A stretch of 64,000 nucleotides of DNA from Planctomycetota bacterium (GTDB taxonomy: Bacteria > Planctomycetota > UBA1135 > JADKAF01), in assembly GCA_016719295.1 (NCBI GenBank), contig JADKAF010000001.1, forward strand, positions 4,704,267 to 4,768,266. Reading direction: 5' to 3'. Positions 56,532 through 64,000 of this stretch are shown here, one piece after another (positions within the stretch are counted from its first letter, which is position 1; every line of letters starts with the position of its first letter). The notes under the pieces were generated by a model, which was not told where the DNA came from, searched no databases, and saw only the letters and a list, made by a program, of their open reading frames with translations. The position numbers and the translations under genes are program-made.

Positions 56532-57260
56532 CTAGTAGACCGGTGGCGCCGCGACGCCGGGGAACGGCAGCATGCGGCGAATGTATTGATCGACCCAGAT
56601 GTCGACGTCGTCGATCGGCGTGTTCGGGATGAAGATCACGTCGTGCGGCTGGAGCAAGAGCGCGGCTCCTTCTTCCCAGCGCTCGACCGAAGCGTCGATG
56701 CGCCACGACCGTTGGCGCTTCTCGGCCTGCGACCACCGGACGAGGAGGGCGTACTCCAGCATCGCGGTCTCTTTGCGCGGACCACCTGCCGCGGCGAGCG
56801 CTTCGACCATGGACATGCGCCCCTTGATCGGAACCTCTCCTGGCTCGATCACATCGCCCATCACATACACGCTGCGGATGCCCTGGAGCCCGAAGGTGAT
56901 GTTCACGTCGGAAGCAGGGCTGTTGGGGTACTGCTTCGCGATGAGCGCGCGGATCGGGGCTTCCGCCTCGGCCGCCGTGAGCCCGCCGATTTGGACCTCC
57001 CCGAGCGAGCCCAGCGTGGTCTTTCCGTCCGGGCGCACATCCGCCGTGATCGAACGCTCGGGAGTATCGCTCGTGGCGAGCCAGAGGATGGAGACGGTGT
57101 CTCCTGGCACCAGCAGCGACGGGCCGGGCTCGAGGGTAGCGTTGGCCTCGAGGGCGACCTCGAACATCGGGCGGCCATACGAGGTGCAGCCGGCCTCGAG
57201 CAGCGAGGCGGCGAGGAGGCTCAGGGCGATCAGGAGCCCACGGAGGGGGGTTGGTCTCAC
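56532..57260 (-). CDS. polysaccharide export protein (Wza/EpsE-like OPX lipoprotein)
   Basis: GTG 57260. Lipobox LLEAG|C. Poly_export motif region (PGDTVSI..DGKTTLGSLGEVQIGGLTAAEAE) and an SLBB-like domain (VYVMGDVIEPGEVPI). Stop lies 3 nt before the wzz-like start. Confidence 0.85.
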   Translation of the reverse strand: MRPTPLRGLLIALSLLAASLLEAGCTSYGRPMFEVALEANATLEPGPSLLVPGDTVSILWLATSDTPERSITADVRPDGKTTLGSLGEVQIGGLTAAEAEAPIRALIAKQYPNSPASDVNITFGLQGIRSVYVMGDVIEPGEVPIKGRMSMVEALAAAGGPRKETAMLEYALLVRWSQAEKRQRSWRIDASVERWEEGAALLLQPHDVIFIPNTPIDDVDIWVDQYIRRMLPFPGVAAPPVY

Positions 57261-57501
57261 CAGCGCGGCCTACTCTGTCTCGAGTCCGGTTCCAGGGACG
57301 AGGGGCGGGGTATCTAGGGCTGGCGCGGCGAGCTTTGCAAGCCGGTGCTCGACCAGTACCGCCTAGCCCCAGACCGGACGGCGAGAAGTCGAGGCCTGGG
57401 GAGCCCTGACGGAGCCTTCGGCTCGGCCAGGTCGAGACCTGCGCGCCTCCGCCGCGAATCCCCGACGCGATCCCGCCAAAGGGGCGCGGCGCTCACGGCG
57501 C

Positions 57502-57510
57502 GGGGGGGGG
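57502..57510. repeat. homopolymeric G9 tract in divergent intergenic region
   Basis: c ggggggggg c read directly at 57502..57510. It lies 242 nt upstream of the wza-like start (minus strand) and 520 nt upstream of the sugar transferase start (plus strand). Confidence 0.9.
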
Positions 57511-58029
57511 CAGGTGACCGCGTCTGGGAACGCGTCTAGGAATTCGCAAAATGCCGAGTTACTCGCAGCCCCCGCGGCGGTTCCATCCAAAGAGCTCGCT
57601 CCGGTCGACGCTCCACCGCCGCTTGGGGTTTACGAGGCTGCCAAGCTCTAGATCTGGTGCGGCGCAGCGTCGCAGGCTTTGGAGGTTGCGTCCAAAGCCC
57701 CGGCGACATGGTCTAGAACAGCGATTTTCTGTCGCGTCGCCGGCGGATTTCTCGTTGTGAAGATTCGCGTCGGAACGGAACCAGCCGACAGCTCTCTCGT
57801 ATCCCTGTGCCACTCGTGGGCGCCCTCGAATAGGGGTGCGCGGCCGGTAGGAAGGACATTCCCGATCCGAGCCGCCTCCTTTGCTCGACGTGGTTTCCCG
57901 CGATACCCTACGAGATTGCTATTACCCGACCGCGCTCGCGCGGACGGGCTCGTCTCCAGACAGTAAACTCCCTGCGATGGGCGCCGCGAGCGATCGCCGC
58001 GCCATCATCGTCCGTCCCTCAGGATCGCC

Positions 58030-59388
58030 ATGTACTTCCAGCGTCTGTGGCGGGGTCTCGTCCGACTCCTGCCGCTGACTCGCAAGACTCTCGTCCCCGA
58101 GATCTTGCAGCTCGACCAGTTCCGCCGCCTGCTCCAGCGGGAGCGGAACCGCGCGGACCGCGTCCGTTCGCAGCTCTCGCTGGTCGTTCTCGACCTCGGC
58201 GCGCCCGAGGTCCGCTCCGTCCATCTGGCCGACATCCTGATGTCGATCCAGGAGCGCATCCGCGAGACCGACGCCGCGGGCTGGTTCGATCGACGCAGCA
58301 TCGGCGTCCTCCTCCCCGAGACCGGCGCGGCCGGAGCCATGGTCCTCGCGAAGGACCTGAACCGCCGCCTCTTCGCCGTCTCGGCAACGGCAGCCTGGCG
58401 CATCTACACCTACCCCGAGGACACCATGCCGCCCGAGCGGCCCTCCTCGAATTCGCGCGACTCCAGCGAGACCCGTCGAGGTTCGGGCCTCGGCCTGCCC
58501 TTGCCGAGCGGAAGCCCCTCCGGCGTCTCCTCGCCGGCTCCGAGCGGCGCGCCCATCAGCTCCGGAGCGGCTTCTGCCTCGACCTCTTCTGCGTCCGGCT
58601 CGGCGTCGGGTTCGGGCTCGGGATCGAGCACCTCGACCGCGACGCGCCTCCCGCGATCCACTTCCCGAGGAGCGGAGGTCGCCCCGCGACCTGCTTCGCG
58701 CAGAGCGGAGGCCACGGAGCGCCCGGAGGTGCGGAACGCCGAGCCGCAGCAGATGCAGACCGCGCCGCTGCGCTCGCTGCTCGTGATCCCGCGTTCGCCC
58801 TGGACCCGTCTCTTCGACATCACCGTGGCGTCGCTGGTGCTGCTGCCCGTTTCGCCGATCATCCTGCTCGCGGCGATCGCCGTGCGCCTCAGCTCGCCCG
58901 GGCCGGCGTTCTTCCGGCAGGAGCGCATGGGGCGCTGGGGGCGCACGTTCACGATCTACAAGCTGCGCTCGATGTACGAGGACGCCGACAAGCGCAAGCA
59001 AGAGGTTCTGGAGCTGAACGAGCAGACCGGCCCGGTCTTCAAATGCGCGAAGGATCCGCGCATCACGCCGCTCGGTCGCTTGCTGCGCCGCACCAGCATC
59101 GACGAGCTCCCGCAGCTCTGGAACGTGCTGAAGGGCGACATGTCCATCGTCGGGCCGCGGCCGCCGCTCCCGTCGGAGGTGGAGGAATACCAGCCCTGGC
59201 AGCTCCGCCGCCTCGAGATGCAGTCGGGACTCACCTGCATCTGGCAGGTCAGCGGCCGCAGCCAGATCAAGTTCGATGACTGGGTCCGCCTCGATATCCG
59301 CTACGGGCGCATGAAGAGCCTCTGGTTCGATCTGCGCTTGCTCGCGCGCACGCTGCCCGCGGTACTCACCGGGCGCGGCGCGACGTAG
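58030..59388 (+). CDS. priming polyprenyl-phosphate sugar phosphotransferase (bacterial sugar transferase family) with N-terminal degenerate GGDEF-like domain
   Basis: C-terminal PGT domain (FDITVASLVLLPVSPIILLAAIAV, FFRQERMG, TIYKLRSM, DELPQLWNVLKGDMSIVGPRP). The N-terminal ~110 aa are colinear with GGDEF domains. A Ser/Gly/Ala/Pro low-complexity linker joins them. Confidence 0.9.
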   Translation: MYFQRLWRGLVRLLPLTRKTLVPEILQLDQFRRLLQRERNRADRVRSQLSLVVLDLGAPEVRSVHLADILMSIQERIRETDAAGWFDRRSIGVLLPETGAAGAMVLAKDLNRRLFAVSATAAWRIYTYPEDTMPPERPSSNSRDSSETRRGSGLGLPLPSGSPSGVSSPAPSGAPISSGAASASTSSASGSASGSGSGSSTSTATRLPRSTSRGAEVAPRPASRRAEATERPEVRNAEPQQMQTAPLRSLLVIPRSPWTRLFDITVASLVLLPVSPIILLAAIAVRLSSPGPAFFRQERMGRWGRTFTIYKLRSMYEDADKRKQEVLELNEQTGPVFKCAKDPRITPLGRLLRRTSIDELPQLWNVLKGDMSIVGPRPPLPSEVEEYQPWQLRRLEMQSGLTCIWQVSGRSQIKFDDWVRLDIRYGRMKSLWFDLRLLARTLPAVLTGRGAT

Positions 59389-59493
59389 AGTTCGTTCGCG
59401 CACAGGTAGCTGCTCGGCCCGAGACCGCGCGACACGCGCCGTTCTCGGGCCGCACCATTTCAGGCGGGCGCCACGAGAGGTCGATCGGCGACC

Positions 59494-60858
59494 ATGAATC
59501 CGCGGCGCCAGCCGAAACTCCGAGCCATGTCCCGCGAACCGAGCGCCGAGTCCCCGAGCGAGCTCCGCCCGCTCCTGATCGCCGAAGCGGCGAACCCCGA
59601 GTGGGTGAGCGTGCCGCTCGTCGGCTGGAGCCACGCGCACGCGCTGCTGAAGAAGACGCGCGGCCATCTCGTCACGCAGATCCGCAACCGCGACGCGATC
59701 CTGCGCGCCGGTCTCGTCGAGGGCCGCGACTTCACCGCGATCGACTCGGAGCGCAGCGCGCGCCTCGCCGATCGCGTGGCGCGGCTCCTCCGCGGCAAGT
59801 CGGGCGTCGCCTGGACGATGGTGACAGCGCTGCAATCGCTGGCCTACCCGCACTTCGAACGCCTCGTCTGGAAACAGTTCGGCGCGCGGCTCCGCGCAGG
59901 GGAGTTCGATCTCGTCCATCGCATCACGCCGCTGAGCCCGACGACCCCGAGCTCGCTCGCCAAGCGCTGCGCGCGTATCCGCGTGCCCTTCGTCCTCGGC
60001 CCGTTGAACGGCGGCCTGCCCTGGCCGCGCGCGTTCGACCGCGAGCGCCGCCGCGAGCGCGAGTGGCTGAGCTACATCCGCGGCGCGTACAAGCTGATGC
60101 CGGGCTATCGCGCGACGCGCGCGCACGCCGCCGCGATCCTGGTCGCCTCCCGCGCGACGGCCGAGCAGATGCCGAAGCGCCAGCGCGGCAAGTGCTATTA
60201 CCTGCCCGAGAACGGCATCGATCCCGCGCGCTTCGCGCGGCGCCGCACGCACACGGCGAAGCTGCCGCTGCGCCTGATCTTCATCGGCCGCCTCGTGCCG
60301 TACAAAGGCGCCGACATGCTGCTCGAAGCGGCACTCCCGCTGCTGCGCGCCGGGGCGCTCCTGCTCGAGATCGTCGGCGACGGTCCGCAGATGTCCGAGC
60401 TGCGCGCCACCGTCGAGCAGGAAGGGCTCGCGGAGCGCGTGGCGCTCGCCGGTTGGGTCGAGCACGCGCGCGTGCAGGATCGACTGGTAGAAGCCGACCT
60501 GATGGTTTTGCCCAGCATCCGCGAGTTCGGCGGCGGGGTCGTGCTCGAGGCGATGGCCGTGGGCGTTCCACCGGCGGTGGTCGCGTACGGCGGACCCGGC
60601 GAGCTCGTGAGCGATAACCTCGGTTTCCGCATCGAGCTCGGAACACGCGCGGAGATCGTCGCGCGCCTGCGCGCGCTCTTGGATCGCCTCGTCGCGGATC
60701 CCGCGGCGATCGATCGACGCGCGGAGCCCGCGTGGCGCTGCGCGCACGAGCGCTTCGCCTGGAGCTCCAAGGCCGATCAGACGCTCGCGTTCTACGAGTG
60801 GGTGCTCGGGCGGCGCGCGGTCTCGCCGCTGCCGGCGTGGACGGAGATCCCCGGCTGA
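59494..60858 (+). CDS. GT-B fold glycosyltransferase (GT4-like)
   Basis: C-terminal Glycos_transf_1 motifs (LIFIGRLVPYKGADMLLEA, GWVEH, ADLMVLPSIREFGGGVVLEAMAVGVP). Confidence 0.85.
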   Translation: MNPRRQPKLRAMSREPSAESPSELRPLLIAEAANPEWVSVPLVGWSHAHALLKKTRGHLVTQIRNRDAILRAGLVEGRDFTAIDSERSARLADRVARLLRGKSGVAWTMVTALQSLAYPHFERLVWKQFGARLRAGEFDLVHRITPLSPTTPSSLAKRCARIRVPFVLGPLNGGLPWPRAFDRERRREREWLSYIRGAYKLMPGYRATRAHAAAILVASRATAEQMPKRQRGKCYYLPENGIDPARFARRRTHTAKLPLRLIFIGRLVPYKGADMLLEAALPLLRAGALLLEIVGDGPQMSELRATVEQEGLAERVALAGWVEHARVQDRLVEADLMVLPSIREFGGGVVLEAMAVGVPPAVVAYGGPGELVSDNLGFRIELGTRAEIVARLRALLDRLVADPAAIDRRAEPAWRCAHERFAWSSKADQTLAFYEWVLGRRAVSPLPAWTEIPG

Positions 60859-60891
60859 GCTCGGGCGCGTGCGCGAATCGCTCGCTCGCGC

Positions 60892-63800
60892 TCAGCTCTT
60901 CGGCGTGATCGCCTGATCGATCGCCGAGCGCAGCTGGCTCGCGAGCACGCGCACATTCGGCTCCAAGACCATGTTGTCGTGGTCGCCGGTCACGAGGTGC
61001 AGCTCGGGACCGCCTTCGATCCACGGGCCCCAGCCGTTCAACGGCTCCACCCAGCTCGCTTGCTCGTTCACGATGTGGTCGGGACCGAGCTGGAACGCGG
61101 CATCCTGCGGCGGACGGAAGAGCGCCACGCGACCCGCATAGGGGCGGAGCTGATAGCGATCGAGCGCGCGATAGAACGCGGCCTCGATGCGCTCGGTGCG
61201 GAAGTCCGCGGGGCGCAGCTTCACCAGCGGCTTCTGCACGAGCGACTTCAGGCGCTTGCCTTGGTGCTTCAGCTTGCGCACGGCAGCGCCGACGAAGATG
61301 CCTGGGCCGTGCTTCTGCAGGCGCAAGCGCGCGAGCTTCAGGCGCTTCCCCGGCGTGAGCGGCGGTTCGAGCGGCACGGGAGTATCGAGGAAGACGAGCA
61401 GCGCTACTTGCTCGCCCGCGGCGGTGAGCTGCTGCGCCATCTCGTAGGCGGCAATGCCGCCGCCCGAGTAGCCGCCGATCACATACGGGCCGTGCGGTTG
61501 CACTTCGCGGAGCTCGGCGATGTAGCGCTCGGCCATCGCTTCGAAGGTCTCGTCCGGATCGTCGCTGCCTTCGACTCCGCGCGCCTGGATACCGTAGACG
61601 AGCTGGTCGGAGCCCAGGTGGCCCGCGAGGTGCCGCAGATTCATCACGTTGCCGTACATGCCGGCCACGAGGAAGAACGGCGGTCGCGCAGCGTTCCCGT
61701 CCGCGGCCGGATGCAGCAGCACGAGGTGGCGGAACTTCCTCTTCTTCGGCGGCGCCGCGGGCGCACCGGTGGGAGCGCTCGCGGTGAAGCTCTCGCCGAG
61801 CTCGTCGCGCAGGCGCGCGGCGAGCAGCTCGATCGTTGGCGCCTCGAAGAGCATCGCGAGGGGGAACTCGACCTTCCAGGTCTTCTTCACGCGCGCGAAG
61901 AGGCGCACCGCGATCAGCGAGTAGCCGCCGAGCGCGAAGAAGTCGTCCTGCACGCCGACCTGCTCGACGCCGAGGAGCTCCTGCCAGAGCTTCGCGAGCC
62001 CTTGCTCGATCTCGTCGCGCGGAGCTAGGAAGTCGCTGGCGAGGGCGGGGCGCGCGAACGCCGCGGTCTGCGAGCTGTCGTCTTCGCGCTCCTTCTGCTC
62101 GAGCGCCGCGCGTAGCGCCATGGGATCGATCGAGCTCACCAGGATCGGACCGCTGCGGCCCGAGGCGAGCACGCGCTCGAAGGCCTCCGCGCCTTCCTTG
62201 GGGCGGATGCCCTGCTCGACCATGCGCTGGAGCGTCGCATCGACGTGGTGAGCGCGTGCGCCGCTCTTCGCCGCCGTCTGCGCGGCGCGGGCCGTCGTGC
62301 GTCCTGCGCCGAGCGCGCTGGAAGCCGCGAAGCGCCGCAGCGCGAACTCCTCGATCTCGAGCAGCACGTGCCCCGTTTCGTCACAGATCGCGACATCGAA
62401 CAGTGCCAGCTCCGCGGAGGCGGGCCGCTTCGAACTGAGGCGCGCATGGCTCACCACACGCGCGGGCAGCGCGCCGTGGACGCGCACGCGGGCGTAGCCG
62501 AGCGGCGCGTAGAAGACGTCGTTCGCGCGCTCGCCTTCACGCGCGAGGAGGCGCAGCGCAAAGCCCGTGGCCAGGTCGAGCAGCGCCGGGTGCAGCTTGT
62601 AGGTGGCGAGCTCATCGCGGAACGCGGCCGGGAGCTCGAGGAGCGCCAGCGCTTCGGCGCTGCCGAAGCGCAGCTCCTGCACGACGTTCCAACGCGGCCC
62701 GAAGCGGAGCTGCTGCTTCTGCGCGTCCAGCGCGTCGTTCGCGATCGTCCCGCAGCGCGCGCGGAGCTCCGCCAGCGCGAGCGGAGCGCGTGCGCTCGCG
62801 CCGGCGCGCTCGAGGCGCGCTTGCGCGTGGAGCTGCCATTCCTCGTCGTCGGGCGCGCTCGCCGCGCGGCTCGAGACCTCGAATCGCCAGCTCTCGTCGG
62901 GCTCGGCCGCGAGGCGCACGAGCACGGCGCGCTCTTCGCCTTCGGCGACGACGAGCGGGCTCAGGAACGAGAGGTCGCGGATCGCGAGCGCATCGCCGCG
63001 GTCCGCGGCCGCGCGCGCGAGCTCGAGATAGCCCGTGCCCGGGACGAGGGCGGTGCCGTCGGCGAGGCGGTGCTCATCGAGCAGCCAGAGCGCGTCGCTG
63101 CGGTAGCGCGCCAGATAGGCGATCTCGCGCGGCTCGCGCACGAGGCACTTGCCGAGCAGCGGATGCAGCGCGGGCGCCTCATGATGGCCCTTGCGATCGG
63201 TGCGCGCAGGTTCCGGCGTCGGCTCGACGAGGCGCGCAGCCATGCCGACCTCGCTCCAGACGCCCCAGCCGATCGCGAGCGTGCGCTGCTTCGTCTTCGC
63301 GGTGCGATGCTGCGCGAAGGCGTCGAGGAACGCGTTCGCCGCGGTGTAGTCGATCTGGCCTGCCGGCCCGAGCCAGGCGCTCGTCGACGAGAACGCGACG
63401 AAGAAGTCGAGCGTCTCGCCCGCGAGCAGCTCCTCGAGCTGCAGCGTGCCCTGGATCTTCGGCGTGAAGACGCGATCGACGGACGCGGGCGTCTTGCTCG
63501 GGAGCACGCCGTCCTCGACCACGCCGGCGGCGTGGATCACGCCGTGGAGACGACCCCAGCGCTGGCGCACCTCCGCGAGGAAGGCGCCGAGCTCGACGGG
63601 ATTCGCGACGTCGGCGGCGCCGACCAGGACCTCCGCGCCCTGCGCCTCGAGCTCGAGCAAGCGGCGCAAGCGCTGGCTCGTCGCGTCATGCGCGTCGTGG
63701 CTCGCGAGCCAGCGCGACCACGTATCGCGCGGCGGCAGCGCGTGCCGAGCGACGAGGGCGAAGCGCACGCGTGCGCGGCTCGCGAGGTGTTGCGCGATCG

Positions 63801-64000
63801 CGAGGCCGATGCCGCCGAGACCGCCGGTGACGAGATAGGTGCCCTGCTCGCGCACGGGCAGCTTCTCCGCCGGAGCAGCCGCGATCGGCGCGGGGCGAGC
63901 TCCTGCACGAAGCGCTTCCCGTCGCGCCAAGCGCTGAGCGACGCGGGACGCGGCACGGCGAGCTCGGCGAGCAAGCTGCGCTGCGCGGACGCCGCCAACG
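60892..64000 (-). CDS. type I PKS/NRPS-hybrid terminal fragment KR - DH - carrier (PCP-type) - thioesterase, 5'-partial (continues beyond window; apparent frameshift near 63890)
   Basis: KR: GTYLVTGGLGGIGL, catalytic IDYTAANAF, WGVWSEVGMA. PS-DH: LLDEHRLADGTALVPGTGYLE and HPALLDLATG. Carrier: FFALGGYSLIAV. TE: GGYSGGG. Upstream of ~63890 the protein-like, GC3-rich frame is that of track ORF 63537..63998 (..SLSAWRDGKRFVQELAP). Confidence 0.85.
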   Translation of the reverse strand, partial: VGGVRAAQLARRARRAASRVAQRLARREALRAGARPAPIAAAPAEKLPVREQGTYLVTGGLGGIGLAIAQHLASRARVRFALVARHALPPRDTWSRWLASHDAHDATSQRLRRLLELEAQGAEVLVGAADVANPVELGAFLAEVRQRWGRLHGVIHAAGVVEDGVLPSKTPASVDRVFTPKIQGTLQLEELLAGETLDFFVAFSSTSAWLGPAGQIDYTAANAFLDAFAQHRTAKTKQRTLAIGWGVWSEVGMAARLVEPTPEPARTDRKGHHEAPALHPLLGKCLVREPREIAYLARYRSDALWLLDEHRLADGTALVPGTGYLELARAAADRGDALAIRDLSFLSPLVVAEGEERAVLVRLAAEPDESWRFEVSSRAASAPDDEEWQLHAQARLERAGASARAPLALAELRARCGTIANDALDAQKQQLRFGPRWNVVQELRFGSAEALALLELPAAFRDELATYKLHPALLDLATGFALRLLAREGERANDVFYAPLGYARVRVHGALPARVVSHARLSSKRPASAELALFDVAICDETGHVLLEIEEFALRRFAASSALGAGRTTARAAQTAAKSGARAHHVDATLQRMVEQGIRPKEGAEAFERVLASGRSGPILVSSIDPMALRAALEQKEREDDSSQTAAFARPALASDFLAPRDEIEQGLAKLWQELLGVEQVGVQDDFFALGGYSLIAVRLFARVKKTWKVEFPLAMLFEAPTIELLAARLRDELGESFTASAPTGAPAAPPKKRKFRHLVLLHPAADGNAARPPFFLVAGMYGNVMNLRHLAGHLGSDQLVYGIQARGVEGSDDPDETFEAMAERYIAELREVQPHGPYVIGGYSGGGIAAYEMAQQLTAAGEQVALLVFLDTPVPLEPPLTPGKRLKLARLRLQKHGPGIFVGAAVRKLKHQGKRLKSLVQKPLVKLRPADFRTERIEAAFYRALDRYQLRPYAGRVALFRPPQDAAFQLGPDHIVNEQASWVEPLNGWGPWIEGGPELHLVTGDHDNMVLEPNVRVLASQLRSAIDQAITPKS

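Noticed and set aside
57922-60747. 941-aa ORF on the minus strand
   Set aside because: It is antisense to the sugar transferase and GT4 genes, both of which have clear family motifs. The product is Arg-rich and low-complexity.
1-64000. CRISPR arrays, rRNA/tRNA genes, IS elements, integrases, prophage or known defence-system genes
   Set aside because: I looked for regularly spaced direct repeats, conserved RNA motifs, and DDE/tyrosine-recombinase or phage-like translations in all accepted and rejected ORFs, and saw none. Absence is based on visual inspection only.

Overview
This is a 64-kb, very G+C-rich (roughly 70% by eye) bacterial chromosomal segment. I recognised no rRNA, tRNA, CRISPR array, transposase or integrase. 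At this G+C content every real gene is shadowed by long Arg/Ala/Gly-rich antisense or off-frame ORFs in the track. I accepted an ORF only when its translation showed family motifs, a signal peptide or TM segments, or G/C-rich third codon positions. The track uses ATG, GTG and TTG starts, and several genes were trimmed to internal starts. The gene content suggests a Myxococcota-like lineage, which is inference only: several Ser/Thr kinases including a kinase-FGE fusion, an ECF sigma factor, SBBP and PQQ beta-propellers, a sulfatase and an MtaG-like NRPS. Layout: 1-24 kb is mostly housekeeping (orphan parB with a parS palindrome, dapF, gyrA, NDH-2, a transporter, peptidases). 24-27 kb is a visibly lower-G+C islet carrying a secreted beta-helix protein. 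27-44.5 kb holds signalling and glycan-degradation genes (ECF sigma plus kinase, sulfatase, kinase-FGE, GH29 fucosidase) and an alkB gene bracketed by a repeated palindromic motif. The most interesting part is 44.6-64 kb, a polysaccharide assembly/export locus: Wza-like, Wzz-like, a degenerate BY-kinase, an AsnB-like amidotransferase, GT2, GT26, GT4, and a priming sugar transferase fused to a degenerate GGDEF domain. Through ATGA/GTGA stop-start overlaps this locus is translationally coupled to an Sfp-type PPTase and an NRPS module with a luciferase-like monooxygenase inserted in its A domain. It also contains a 78-aa PEP-CTERM/VPEID-CTERM-like mini-protein and is bracketed by a PKS KR-DH-PCP-TE gene that runs off the right edge. 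Both megasynthase genes show an apparent frameshift. All domain calls are motif-level recognitions made by eye from the translations, and none has been verified by a database search.
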